DNA of 63,816 nucleotides, filler included, from Octopus bimaculoides (taxonomy: Eukaryota): assembly GCF_001194135.2 (NCBI RefSeq). It is 5 parts of 4 records of this genome, joined end to end, with 100 filler letters (N's around TTAATTAATTAA, not from the genome) between each part and the next. Parts side by side here need not be neighbours in the genome. Positions count along the whole stretch, not along the records: positions 1 to 21,018 come from NC_068983.1; 4 more parts are not named here. One strand, given 5' to 3'. The position numbers and the translations under genes are program-made. Below, piece by piece: positions 1 to 13,043 of the stretch. The notes under the pieces are model-generated. The model was not told the DNA's origin. It was given only the letters and a program-made list of their open reading frames with translations, and searched no databases. Position 1 is the first letter of the stretch; each line of letters opens with the position of its first letter.

Positions 1-390
1 ATAAAGGACTGCCATGCGATAAAACACTGGGTAGAAAAATACAGTGAACTCATAGATAAACGTTTCAAAACAGACTTTATCACCAAAGCCACCCAATTAA
101 TACTTGAAGAGAACACATTCTCATTTAACAAGTCATACCGACAGATAAAGGGCACGGGTATGGGTACGAAATTCGCACCTTCATATGCCAACCTAGTGAT
201 GGGTTTCCTTGAGAACAAACTATACGATGAAATAGGGAACGTCTTCAAAGACAACTTCAGAGAAGACATCAAGAAAAAGTGGGAACGCTACCTCAATGAC
301 TGTTTCATCTTTTGGAATAGATCAGAAGATCTACGAACATTCCACAACATCCTCAACACACTGCACCCATCTATCCACTTCACGATAGAT
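1..390 (+). mobile_element. Penelope-like retroelement reverse transcriptase fragment
   Basis: Frame 1 is open from base 1: ...LILEENTFSFNKSYRQIKGTGMGTKFAPSYANLVMGFLE...WERYLNDCFIFW...LNTLHPSIHFT. This matches PLE RT motifs (Q..GTAMG...AP.YANL; RY.DD.F..W; LN..HP.I.FT). It is cut off at ~391 by a SINE. Confidence 0.85.
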
Positions 391-717
391 ACCAGGACTT
401 ATTCTCTGTAAGCCTAGTACTTATTCTATCGGGCCTTTTTGCCGAACCGCTAAGTTACAGGGACGTAAACACACCAGCATGGTTATCAAGCGATGTTGGG
501 GGACAAACACAGACACACAAGCACACATACATATACATATATATACATATATACGACCGGCTTCTTCCAGTTTCTGTCTACCAAATCCACTCACAAGGCT
601 TTGGTCGGTCCGAGGCTATAGCAGAAGACACTTGCCCAAGGTGCCACGCAATGAGACTGAACCCGGAACCATGTGGTTGGCAAGCAAGCTACTTACCACA
701 CAGCCACTCCTGCGCCT
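391..717 (-). mobile_element. tRNA-derived SINE family A, lacking its 3' tail
   Basis: Minus strand reads aggcgcaggagtggctgtgtggtaag...ggttcagtc (A/B-box-like head), ccttgggcaagtgtctt body and an internal TA/TG microsatellite. Many homologous copies occur in the window. Confidence 0.85.
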
Positions 718-744
718 ATATGTATAAATATATATTTGTGTGTG

Positions 745-1610
745 TTCTCTTTTTACTCTTTTACTTGTTTCAGTCATTTGATTGTGGCCATGCTGGAGCA
801 CCGCCTTTAGTCGAGCAAATCGACCCCAGGACTTATTCTTTGTAAGCCTAGTACTTATTTTANNNNNNNNNNNNNNNNNNNNNNNNNNNNNNNNNNNNNN
901 NNNNNNNNNNNNNNNNNNNNNNNNNNNNNNNNNNNNNNNNNNNNNNNNNNNNNNNNNNNNNNNNNNNNNNNNNNNNNNNNNNNNNNNNNNNNNNNNNNNN
1001 NNNNNNNNNNNNNNNNNNNNNNNNNNNNNNNNNNNNNNNNNNNNNNNNNNNNNNNNNNNNNNNNNNNNNNNNNNNNNNNNNNNNNNNNNNNNNNNNNNNN
1101 NNNNNNNNNNNNNNNNNNNNNNNNNNNNNNNNNNNNNNNNNNNNNNNNNNNNNNNNNNNNNNNNNNNNNNNNNNNNNNNNNNNNNNNNNNNNNNNNNNNN
1201 NNNNNNNNNNNNNNNNNNNNNNNNNNNNNNNNNNNNNNNNNNNNNNNNNNNNNNNNNNNNNNNNNNNNNNNNNNNNNNNNNNNNNNNNNNNNNNNNNNNN
1301 NNNNNNNNNNNNNNNNNNNNNNNNNNNNNNNNNNNNNNNNNNNNNNNNNNNNNNNNNNNNNNNNNNNNNNNNNNNNNNNNNNNNNNNNNNNNNNNNNNNN
1401 NNNNNNNNNNNNNNNNNNNNNNNNNNNNNNNNNNNNNNCATATATACGACCGGCTTCTTCCAGTTTCTGTCTACCAAATCCACTCACAAGGCTTTGGTCG
1501 GTCCGAGGCTATAGCAGAAGACACTTGCCCAAGGTGCCACGCAATGAGACTGAACCCGGAACCATGTGGTTGGCAAGCAAGCTACTTACCACACAGCCAC
1601 TCCTACGCCT
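745..1610 (-). mobile_element. SINE family A spanning an assembly gap
   Basis: Tail (ttttactcttttacttgtttcagtcatttg) at 745-862 and head at 1439-1610; the internal microsatellite position falls in the N run. Confidence 0.75.
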
Positions 1611-1873
1611 GTATGTATAAAATCATGCAAATGTATAAATCGTTATACATAGCTCTATATACGTAATACAAATGCAAACGTACATCATTACGTACGTACA
1701 TAGGTTCAATTGTGTTCATAGATGCAATCATACAAACATTTACGTATGAATTTATATACACATGATAGTCATGTGTTAAAGCCGAACAGGAAATCGTTAA
1801 GTACTTCACTTGAAAGCAATTCACTTTATATGCCATGACTTCAACTGATATCACGGCGTGAAATTCGGTTGCT

Positions 1874-1914
<41 letters not shown>

Positions 1915-2952
1915 GTATTTATGAATGTATATGTGTGTGTATCTATCTATATATATATATAACCTTGCGTTTGGTGTTTGGAAATAATTTGAAAGGCAAG
2001 GTATATCTGTTTTAACAAACATACAACTTTAGCCTCTTCGTAATACGTAAACACATTGGCTATCAACAGGTATTATCTATCCGTAGGTAGAAGTGGGGTT
2101 GTTCTGATTAGTTTGTTCTCTTAGGATTTTATCAGAGAAAGGATACTCGTGTGTCCATAGAGAGATTAGTGGCTTATAGCTATTTATAGTGTAAGTTGCT
2201 TATAGCTATTTATGGTGTATACACTCTAGAACTCAGCTAAACTAGTCAGTCTAATTTGCATAACAGTGTATTTGTGACTATTCATAGTGCTCTAAACTTC
2301 ACTAATCTGTAATGTGAGATATACCTAATTCAATAAACATAATTTTAGCGTCGCTCTGAGCAGTAAACCAAGTAGTTTACTTTTCAAAGTAAAACTATTA
2401 CGTCACACGTTTTGCCATTCCGTGGGCAGAAAAATGTTGGGTTCGAGTTTTTGAGTTCTAGTTTTCTTGAACTTTATCGTCTTATGTCTCCGAAAATAGC
2501 TATTACATTTAAATTAACCCAAGACGCTTGATTACTTTCAAATTTGTTGTGTGCTGCCGATCGACTTACAAAACTACAGTTTGGACGAGTAATCCCAATT
2601 TATTTCACTTAAATTAACATATATAAGAATCTATAGGCAATATAAAGTTGTATTGAAAACTTTTATGCTTTTGTCCCACAGTATAAACTGGAAATATGTA
2701 TCTACATGTGCTGATTTTAAACTGGAATGGAAGTTCCGATGTATATCGTCGCTGACAATTACCAAGTGTGTTCGTCACTGATAAGTTTATGTCAAGCCGA
2801 AACATTGCTATCTGACAATCTACTAATGTAATTCTGAGCGAAGTGTGATTTTTAAACCCTCAAGTGAAGTTTCTTGGGGACAAAATATTACAGCAAGCTA
2901 CGTTCTATTTTTGCATATACATTACAAATGCTAAACACAAACACACACATAA

Positions 2953-2993
<41 letters not shown>

Positions 2994-4180
2994 CGTGTGT
3001 GTATTATTCTAAAACACTTTGATTCGGTTCCATGCGACTTAAGGTTTTGAGGGCCTCTAACAGAATCTCGTCTCTTTTCAGCTTTAAAAGAAAGGTTTTC
3101 AGTGACTTCTAAGTTTCGATTTACTCGCCTTCATCAGGTTCTCTGGTGAACACGAGCAAGCAGAAACTTTGAAGTCACATCAACGTTTTCTTTGTCAACA
3201 GCAATAAATACATACTGTGTTGAAAAGTACTGAGTAATGATTAATCATTTAGTTTAATGTGAAACTTTATGTGTGTGTGTGTAGACATCATCAGAAGAAT
3301 GCACAATTATACATCAAAATATGCTTATTACCAGTATTATTCTCATTAAATCTACGTTAAATTCCTGTCCTACACGTTTTTTTTCTGCTGAATAAGTGTC
3401 CAAATGTTCATTGATGCAACATTTATGTGCATTTAGTCGATTCACTTGCAGCACATCCTACACTGACATTCCTATGCAACTTTGTTCAAGGTTTTACTTA
3501 TGCGAGTGGATGAAATAAAGTGAGGATCCAAGTGTTAGATAATCCATCTTCATGACAATAGAAATATTATGTGGTATCTAAACATCGGATGACCTTTTTA
3601 AAAGCTAAAGGAATAAATTGTAGGCTAGTGGGATATATGAGTTAGAATTTTTTTTGAGACAGAGAAATGAATACGAGACAAACAACCGGTGTGTTTATGG
3701 GCTTTATCAATTATGTATCTTTACAAGTATAACATTGGATTCAACACACAATTTCAGAGCGACATTCTTGCAAAACAAATTCAAAATCGAAATACACACA
3801 GACACACACACACACACACACACNNNNNNNNNNTGTGTCTATTTATTCCAAAGCATTAGAAAGTATTAGAAGAAAACATACACATGTAGTAACTATGTGT
3901 TACACACATTAATATTTCAGAAAAGAGCATTTATTTGCTGAATTTTGTAAGTCCAACAATTCTAGTTTAGATTCACCGAGCACATATGCACAAATGTTTT
4001 CCAGACGCAGCCATCATGTTTTTGTGACATATATTTCACTCAGGAACACATTATTCAATATTTTCTTTATTTGTAGTGTGATAGTGTTGAGATAGAATTG
4101 GCTGATATCTCTAGGAAGTCGAATGATGTAAGGACCCCTACTTAGATCGAATATAATATGATTATTAAACTGCTGAACTG

Positions 4181-4212
<32 letters not shown>

Positions 4213-4423
4213 CGTACATAGTTGAGGAGCATTCCGTTAAGACGTATTAGAGTACAAAATAGAGCTTGTTCACCCTTAGAATTACCGGATAGCCGGCAGT
4301 ATTATATATATTTGAGATTCAGTTGAATTAGGTACTTAAGTTGAAGCACCAAGTCAGTCCGGTATTATCCGTACAGCTCGAAGGTGAATAAAATCAAAAT
4401 AAACACACGATATAAAGTAGTGA

Positions 4424-4486
4424 TGCAGTACGACCGTTTCAAGCGATTATTACATCAATTTAAATGCAGTATCATCTTCAGCTACA
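4424..4486 (-). ncRNA. Type I hammerhead-ribozyme-like motif (left arm of fold-back)
   Basis: Minus strand: UGUAG-CUGAAGA-(34 nt)-GAAA-CGGUCG-UA-CUGCA. Core and helix I are intact; helix II is shortened relative to the right arm. Confidence 0.5.
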
Positions 4487-4801
4487 CAAAAAAATAAATA
4501 GAATTTTAACCAGTCGGACACATTAATGTAGTTTTTCTCAAATATTTTAACTGAGCAAGAAGATAGAAGAAATTCTTGTTGTCGCTATTATAGCTAAGAA
4601 TAGACTACACATCCAAGAATCGCATGAAGCCTACTGGGGTCATAGTGTTGTAAGGGATTGTAATTCATGCGATTCTTGGAAGTGAAGTCTATTCTTAGCT
4701 ACAATAGCGACAACATGAATTTCTTCCATCTTGCTCTGTTAAATATTTTTTTTTAATTATATAAATGTGTCTGGCTGGTTAAAATTCTATTTATTTATCT
4801 G

Positions 4802-4888
4802 TGTAGCTGAAGATGACACTGCATTTAAATTGATGTAATGATTGCATTGTTCAAATAAAATGGAGTCGCGTGAAACGGTCGTCTTGCA
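4802..4888 (+). ncRNA. Type I hammerhead-ribozyme-like motif with long helix II
   Basis: UGUAG-CUGAAGA-(58 nt)-GAAA-CGGUCG-UC-UUGCA. Helix I pairs with G.U wobbles and helix III is near-palindromic. The base of helix II is imperfect. Confidence 0.5.
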
Positions 4889-4921
4889 TCTCTATTTGAT
4901 ATCCTGTTGCTTATTTTGATT

Positions 4922-4922
<1 letters not shown>

Positions 4923-4980
<58 letters not shown>

Positions 4981-4987
4981 GATAGAT
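4923..4987. repeat. (GATA)n microsatellite
   Basis: Direct reading. Confidence 0.95.
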
Positions 4988-5350
4988 CGTTGCTATTATG
5001 CAAAAGTGTCGTAAATCCAAGACGTTGCATTTGCAGAAAACGATAAGATAGTTTCACCATTCCATAGCACAAATGTTGTACTAGAATTTGACAATTTTTA
5101 ATATCTTGGTATCTGAAGCAGCTGGAGATACGATAGTTTGAACAAAAGAACCGGTTATTGCAAGCAAAAATAAATATTGAAAGAAAAAAACACATTTGGC
5201 CAAAAGACAGTCTAACATAATAGCTACGATATATATATATATGTGTGTGTTGTTGTGTATATGTATGTGAATGTGTGCGTATGTGAATGTGTGTGTGTAT
5301 GTGTGAATGTGTGTGCGTGTTAATGTGTGTGTGTGTGTGTNNNNNNNNNN

Positions 5351-5397
<47 letters not shown>

Positions 5398-5419
5398 TGC
5401 TTTGAGCTATATATATATA

Positions 5420-5760
5420 TGTATTGGCTTATATTGTTGTGTCCATATTAGGGATTGCGTTATGGTAGAATTCTGTGGTCTATAATTATGTCTCTTGTTC
5501 GAAAATGGTCCCACCGAGTTTGCTGAAAGTTTTTAAGGTGTTTTCCTTTCGCTGTGGGATTGTTTTGTGAATATGATAATATGATGGACAGTGATTTGCC
5601 AGAAGATGAAAGTTGGAAAATTTCTTGTTATGGAATTGTGGGACCTAGGTGAACTTGGCTGTAAATATTATGTTTGTTTTTACTAGGATGCCCCCGTATG
5701 CAATTAAGTCTTCCACACTCTAAGTCTTTGGGCTTATGTTAAGATATTGTAATTGATGTT
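5420..5760 (-). mobile_element. Possible heavily decayed PLE GIY-YIG region
   Basis: Minus-strand fragments CGRLNCIRGH and KTNIIFTAKFT loosely resemble the Cys-rich linker and N(I/V)(I/V)Y.A motif of PLE endonucleases; there are many disruptions. Confidence 0.25.
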
Positions 5761-6999
5761 TGTAGAGTAGTGGGACATTTAATGACGTTTGGGAAAATGT
5801 ATTTTTTATTATAGTAATACCATGTTTAGTAATATAATGTTCAGTATTGCTGTTTTTATGTTCGCATTTATTTGTTATTGTACACTGTTAGTATCATTGC
5901 TGGTGGCAATGTTTGAATGCATGATTTTATGTATGTTATAAAGCCTCTGTTATGGGAACTTAGAGAATTCAGTCTCTAAATGGCAATTCTGAAAATTTGT
6001 AGACTCAAACTGTTATATGTTATTTTAACAAGTGACTCGCCATTCACTGCAGTAAAAATCTTTTCCCATTTACCTGTCTGGTTGCATTAAGTTCGTTTAC
6101 AGTCCATGACAGTATAGGGGTGTTTTTTTTTATAGGAGATGATACAGATCTTGACAAATTTAAGGATTTGTAGAAAAGACTTCCTTTGGTATCAACCACT
6201 CTGGGTAATAATCATTCTTATTAAATGACGAACAATGTGTTTCAGGTGGTTGGCTAAAAGAGGTTTCAATATTCGTTTAAACGCGGTCGAGGACGCTAAC
6301 ACTCAAGTATTTCTCCTATTAACTGATCTCCAGAAGTCTTTTGAGACATTTTTGATGGAAACATGCGAGTTCATTGGTGCATGTGGATCAACTTTCTGCT
6401 CATAAATGTGTACTGGTCTGGCTTAGCTTTATATACTGTATAATCCACTTCATTGTATACACGCTGGGCTTTGATAACCTCTTCAGTAGGCCTAGTGTAC
6501 AGAGGAAGATAAAATATATACAACAATGGAAAAGCGAATATAAGCGTTGATTAAGCGTCAAGTGTTGTAGCTTACCTGATTCGCGCGAGTTCAATCCTTG
6601 GGTTACTCAGTTTACATATACTCTAATTCAACAGGAACAAACAAGCGACTAATAAGAGATAATAACGAGCAGAATAACAAATAGGGGAAGATCATTGGCA
6701 TGAATAACCGAATAAGAACAACCTACCCTCACGAATTTAATAGAGTTCGGTGTGAAATTCAGAAAACGTTACTTAATAAGACAGGCGCATGGAGAAGACC
6801 GATTCATCAGTCGAATCGTTGTGACTATGCAACTAAGATAATGGCATTAATTGGAATATGAAGATCTCAGCATGTTCTTTCTCTCCACCAACCATGGTCA
6901 GATGTGGATGCCGTGAGATTGATATCATACTGGTTTGACGATCCTATTCTTCCACACTGGCTTGACAGATGGGTGCAGTTTTTATACTCTTACCCAGTA

Positions 7000-7424
7000 G
7001 TTACATCGACCTCAGTGCTAAACTGGTATTTATTTTATCGACTGCGAATGGATGAAAGGTATTGTAGGCCTCAGTGGATTTTGAACTCAAAATGTAAGGA
7101 TGGACGAAATACCGTTAAGCATTTCGCCCGACGTGCTAACGATTCTGCCAGCTCGGCACCTAATCGGAATATATCAGTGTATAATAAAGCAAAGTAAACA
7201 GCTGAACTGGTCACTAAATTGATTTCAAATTTTGGCACAAGGCCAACAGTTTAGAGGGAGGGTGTAAATTGATTACAACGACCCCAGTGCTCAACTGGTA
7301 CTTGACCCGAAAGGATGAAAGGCAAAGTCGACCTCGGCGGAATTTGAACTCAGAACGTAAAGTCTGACGAAATGCCGCAGAGCATTTTGCCCAGCATGCT
7401 AACGATGTTGCCAGCTCGCCGCCC
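7000..7424 (-). mobile_element. Two adjacent SINE family C copies (7000-7160, 7222-7424)
   Basis: Minus-strand head ggcgagctggcagaatcgttagca...gagttcaaattccgccgaggtcgactttgcctttcatcctttcggg, homologous to about 15 other copies in the window. Confidence 0.85.
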
Positions 7425-8067
7425 TCACGAAACCAAACCGATTGATTGTGTTACAGTCTGTAAGCATTCGCTCTTCCATCTTTTCAGAAATATAATCAGC
7501 TTGTTGTTAACTGGTTTACAGAAAACATTGGTGGCTTTTAAGAACTCATCACTAATTCGTTTTGTTGTATAAGACCTTAGACTATGGATTTTTAAAATCT
7601 TTTGTAATTTATTTGTTGCCTTTGTCATTGCACAGTTATGGTCAAAATAGGTTTTATCTTTATTAGGAGATTCCTTTCCTATAGTTTTGAAAGTTTTTCT
7701 CTAACTGTAAAGGAGAAAATTGATCACTTCAAAATTTACTTCATATCAAAGTTGGATTTTCTTTTTGACGAAACTAATTGTTCATGGGTCTCAATGAATA
7801 GCAAACCGAATGTAATACCATGAAATTTCACATAGATATATAACATTTTGACTCGACTTCATACAACTTGAAGTTTCGTAGGCTCGTAGGACAAATCTAT
7901 TTCGTCAGGTGGTAATATATATATATATATATACATATACAAAATGGGACAAGAACGCAAAACATCCAGACAGTTAGGTGATACAAAAAAAGGGGACAAC
8001 AAAACATCTAGATAGACGATATATATATATATATATATATATAAGCAATAAGGATATCCAGAGGTAA

Positions 8068-8154
8068 TGCAGTACGATCGTTTCATGCAACTCTATTTAA
8101 TTGAACAATGCAATCATTACATCAATTTAAAATGCAGAGCAATCCTTAGCTGCA
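8068..8154 (-). ncRNA. Decayed hammerhead motif, same family as 4424-4888
   Basis: UGCAG-CUAAGGA-(long helix II, UGC..UCU/AGAG..GCA)-GAAA-CGAUCG-UA-CUGCA. Helix I is perfect and helix III perfectly palindromic, but core G5 is changed to A. Confidence 0.5.
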
Positions 8155-8770
8155 CAAGGACATAGACTTTAATTAAATTAGAATAGATGGACACATTAGT
8201 ATAATTATACCTAAAATTTCCAAGAAGTTAAAGAGATAGACAAAGAACATGTTTTCTCCACTTCAGCATAGAAGTTACTAAATTATCAAGAAGACTCTGC
8301 CTGTCACAGATTTTTTTTATGGGGTCAGTTTTAATTTATAGACTAGTTTATCAAATCCTTGTATATCTAAGGCTGTATATATAAATAAATAAAAAAAAAC
8401 AACTCGTTTCTCTTTTTTGTCTTCCACAATTTTATTTTTGATCTATATATATGAAGATCTTTCCTCCGTCTGGCTGTTTTTCACTCTACAAAACAATAAG
8501 TTACAATGTGGAACAGTCATTTTAATGAGTTGTTTTTATTTATTTATCACCCGATGAGATACATCTGCATCACCGGATGCTCCTGAACCAGTTGTTGAGT
8601 GTCCCAAATGAGGAATCAATGCTAGATGTGTCGAAACAATTGTCATGATTAATAATAAATTCTCGTTTATTCCATCTTCTGTCTTTCATTTGTTATATAC
8701 CTAACGATCACTCTGAAAGTGACTGTGCTTTACCAGTAAACTACCAGGTGTAAACCATTCGTTTTATTAT

Positions 8771-8774
<4 letters not shown>

Positions 8775-8809
<35 letters not shown>

Positions 8810-8922
8810 TATATATATATATATATATGTATCTATATGTATATATATGTGTGTGTGTGTATATATATATGTATGTATGTATGTATATGTGTGTGTATGT
8901 ATGCATGTATATATATACATAT

Positions 8923-8963
<41 letters not shown>

Positions 8964-9480
8964 CATATATATCATATATATGGTTCAAAATTATACAAAA
9001 AAAGAAAAAAGCAAAAGACTGCTCTGTAACCTGTTAAACTTGAAGGGTAACTAATTTATTTATTTATTTATTCAATTCTTCATTTTTTCTTTTCTTTGTT
9101 CCTTATCTTTTTGTGAGTCATCTCTAATGCTTTCTGAGTTACTGTTCAATCGTAAACATAAACACATACAAGCATATAAATAGATATATACATGTGTGCA
9201 CATATGTATATATACAAATACACACAGACACACGCACGTACACATACACACGCACGCACACACACACACACACACACACACATGGACGCATATAGCAATA
9301 AGGATATCTCCAGTAACTCAATCGCACAGACGCATGTATGTATGTATACGTATACATTTATACATATATATGTATGTAATGAGGGTGTATATGTGTGTGT
9401 GTGTGTGTGTATATGTGTGTTTGTGTATGTGATTGTGTATGTGTGCGCGCATGATGTGTATGTGCGCGCGCGTATATATG
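8775..9480. repeat. Compound TA/TG/CA microsatellite field
   Basis: Direct reading; the ORFs here are low-complexity artefacts. Confidence 0.9.
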
Positions 9481-10634
9481 TAGGGCAGGCGAGAGTGGTA
9501 CTGCAGATTTCTTGTCTGCCTGGAACAGACATCTGGAGGACATAAATATGAAGTTGAAAGCTAGATCTGGACAGCTGAAACATTCCCATCAGTCTTATGT
9601 ATCTTCTTATTTATCTTATTTCTTTTTTTAACTTGATGCTGAAAACAAACCAGAATTTGTTTCTACTAGTGTTATTTTATTTTCCTTTTATTTTTATCAT
9701 TTTCTCCGACAGAAATGTTTCTTTAATTTGATATGCACAGGCTTTTTTGTGATGGGAGAGCTATGAAGTAAATTTACCTTTTAGACATAAAAAATAATAA
9801 TAAAACACTTCCGTTGTCAATTGTTAGAAGCTTAGCGTTGGCCTAAATGCCTTCCACTCTTTAGTAACGTCTCTCAGCGTGAAAGTGTTTTTGTAACGTT
9901 TTTCTGTCGCACTTTGACATCTCCGTTTTGCAATGTTGTAACGTCTTTCTGCATTCCAGTATTTAGTATGACGTCTCTCTGTGTTGTATTGTAGTATTTA
10001 CTGTGGTGTATCTGTTTTGCTGTATTTACTGTTTTTGCAAAGGTAATAAAATTATTGAATTAATCTAAGTCTCTTTCCCTGATCCCGGCAAGTGAGTTTG
10101 GATACAGTTGATAAGCATGAACTAATTTTGAATTACACACTCAGTACAATAGAAGCGTCACTAAATGTTGCAGTTTAGGCGGAGTCACAAAATATTGCAG
10201 CGCAGAGACGTCTGTTTTGTAGAATTTACTGCGACGCATTTGTTTTGTAGTTTTACAGTGACATCTCTGGGTTATATTTTAAAAGCGTCTCTACCCTTCT
10301 CTCTCTCTCTCTCTCTTTTTCTCTCTCTCCCTCTCTTTGTCTCTCTCTCTCTCTCTTAATCTCTCTCATTCTCTCTCACCCTCTCTCTCTCTCTTTCTCT
10401 CTAATACTTATCTTAGGGACGACTCTGTATTAATAATCTACTGCATTGAAAGTGCAGTTCAAATTTGCCCATGGGTATCGACTGTATCCTCATTATCTCC
10501 CTGGGGTCGGAAAAATGAATACCAACAATATAACTAAAATTATTTCAATCAATTGTTCTATTCCCTTTCAAAAACATTTGGGTAAGTGTTTAAGTAAGAA
10601 ATCAAATCCTGGATTGCAAAAAATGATAAATGGA

Positions 10635-10682
<48 letters not shown>

Positions 10683-11306
10683 AATGAATAAAAGGAAGGG
10701 AAAGAAAATGTGTATACAAGAAAGGAGGGGTCTTATGAAATGAGTGTTTGATAACTTAGTTTCTTCAAAAAGTGACAAGTACAAACATTGCTCCACCAAA
10801 CAACGCTTTCCTGACCATCGTTGGAGAATAACGAACCTCATTTAATTGTTTAAAAGATATAATATAAAGGACATTACTGTTGTTGATGTTACTTGTTACT
10901 GTGATTGTTTAGTCCAAGCTCTGTCCTGATTGTACTGATCTATGATCAAAGTTATTCTAGTCGTAACCAACCCGTCTTTTCTTCAACTGTCGAATATCTT
11001 AGACTTAAACATTCAATATGTCCTTTCTTCATGTTCTGAATCGGTTGCATATGATCCGAAAGGCACTTTATTTGTTATTTTGAGCAACTTGAACGACCGA
11101 AAACAGTTTCTTTTTCGTGTTATTGAATGATGCTCAACCATAGCCTGTATAAAGTACAGGCTCTCTCTAGTGTATATGTTAACCCGAATGAAGAAGAGTT
11201 GTTAGTGGCAAAGGGCTGCTTCATTTAGCGAAATATATTGCAAGACGTTTTACCACAAATGTAGGATTCGAAAGTCTGACATATGTTATCGTCGTCATCG
11301 ATGCTT

Positions 11307-11370
<64 letters not shown>

Positions 11371-11662
11371 NNNNNNNNNNNNNNNNNNNNNNNNNNNNNN
11401 NNNNNNNNNNNNNNNNNNNNNNNNNNNNNNNNNNNNNNNNNNNNNNNNNNNNNNNNNNNNNNNNNNNNNNNNNNNNNNNNNNNNNNNNNNNNNNNNNNNN
11501 NNNNNNNNNNNNNNNNNNNNNNNNNNNNNNNNNNNNNNNNNNNNNNNNNNNNNNNNNNNNNNNNNNNNNNNNNNNNNNNNNNNNNNNNNNNNNNNNNNNN
11601 NNNNNNNNNNNNNNNNNNNNNNNNNNNNNNNNNNNNNNNNNNNNNNNNNNNNNNNNNNNNNN

Positions 11663-11711
<49 letters not shown>

Positions 11712-12311
11712 CTCTCTCTGGTAGGTGTTTTAACTTGAAAATAAGTTTGTTACTCCTAAGGATTGTAAAGCTGTTGTTGTTGTTCTTGTTGAACAGTTCC
11801 TTTCAACTTTATATAAGCAAAACATGGAAAAGGTAGCAAGCTGGTTTTAAAAATGTTGATAATCTGCAAGCTAAATAACCATCAAATGTAGAAATTCACA
11901 ATATTGTAAACAATTCTTGCTAATAGTTTAAGCTTTTGTAGATGAAAGATAAGACCTTCACGGGATAGGTCATTAGTCTATTACTGGTTCACTTTCCCTG
12001 CTGCAAGCCAACTAAACATTCATGTTTGCCTCACTGCCACAGTTTACAGCAACTATGGATTATACAAGCTGCGTTTAGATAAGCAAGGATATTGAAATCC
12101 GTATTCCTTAACCACATAGATGACGGGGTGCCAATGTGAAGATACGAGAAGGCGTCTCCTCGTCTAATTGCCTGGTATCTATAAAGTAGACTACACATGA
12201 TTTGCATCCATATCGTCTCTATTAAATTTTTATTAGGGACACTCATTTGAAATAGCTAACGCTTGATACACGCATTCTGCACTGAACAGAAAAACAACTA
12301 CAGATCCCTAG

Positions 12312-12421
12312 TTTCCTAACCACATGGTTCTGGCTTCAGTCCCACTGGGTGACAGCCTCAGGCCGACCAAAGCCATGTGAGTGGATTTGATAGACGGAAA
12401 CTGAAAGAAGCTCGTAGTATA

Positions 12422-12452
<31 letters not shown>

Positions 12453-12474
12453 TGTATGTATGTATGTATGTATG

Positions 12475-12547
<73 letters not shown>

Positions 12548-12778
12548 GAGTATGCCTTTGTGTCTGTGTTTGTCCCCTCATAACCGCTTGACAACCGGTG
12601 TTGGCGTGTTTACGTCCCCGGTCCCCGTAACCTACCGGTTCGGCAAAAGAGCCCGATAGTATAAGTACTAGGCTTAAAAAAATAAGTACCGGGGTCGACA
12701 CCTTCGACTAAAACCCTCCAATGCGGTACTCCAGCATGGCCCTAGTCAAATGACTGAAACAAGTAAAAGATAAAAGAC
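12312..12778 (+). mobile_element. SINE family A, 5'-truncated, with internal (TATG)n/(TA)n
   Basis: accacatggttc...ttcagtcccactg head remnant; tail aatgactgaaacaagtaaaagataaaag. Confidence 0.85.
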
Positions 12779-13043
12779 TTATGAATTAGAGTCGAATAAA
12801 TCAATCCTGGTACACAATTCGTACTTATTTTATCGAGATCAAAGGGAGATAATGTAAAACTTGACCGCATTTTAACTCTCGAATTAGATAATCAAAGTTA
12901 TCACAAACGTCTTCAACATTCTTTCTCTTAATGATAATAGACACTTCTCGTATTTCACCACACACACTGGTGAAATACTAGAAGTGTCTGGTACTTATTA
13001 AAGATATAAGGTAAGGTCGCAGCTGTACGATTTGAGCTCAAAT

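Larger units (their letters stand above)
4424..4888. repeat. Long imperfect inverted repeat (fold-back element, PLE terminal-repeat-like)
   Basis: Arms ~4424-4628 and 4664-4888 are reverse complements (e.g. ttcttgttgtcgctattatagctaagaatagact / agtctattcttagctacaatagcgacaacatgaa) around a 35-nt spacer. A third family copy is at ~8043-8160. Confidence 0.85.

Noticed and set aside
9865-9985. Loose repetition of t(a/g)acgtctct every 25-30 bp
   Set aside because: Too degenerate and irregular to distinguish from decayed low-complexity sequence.
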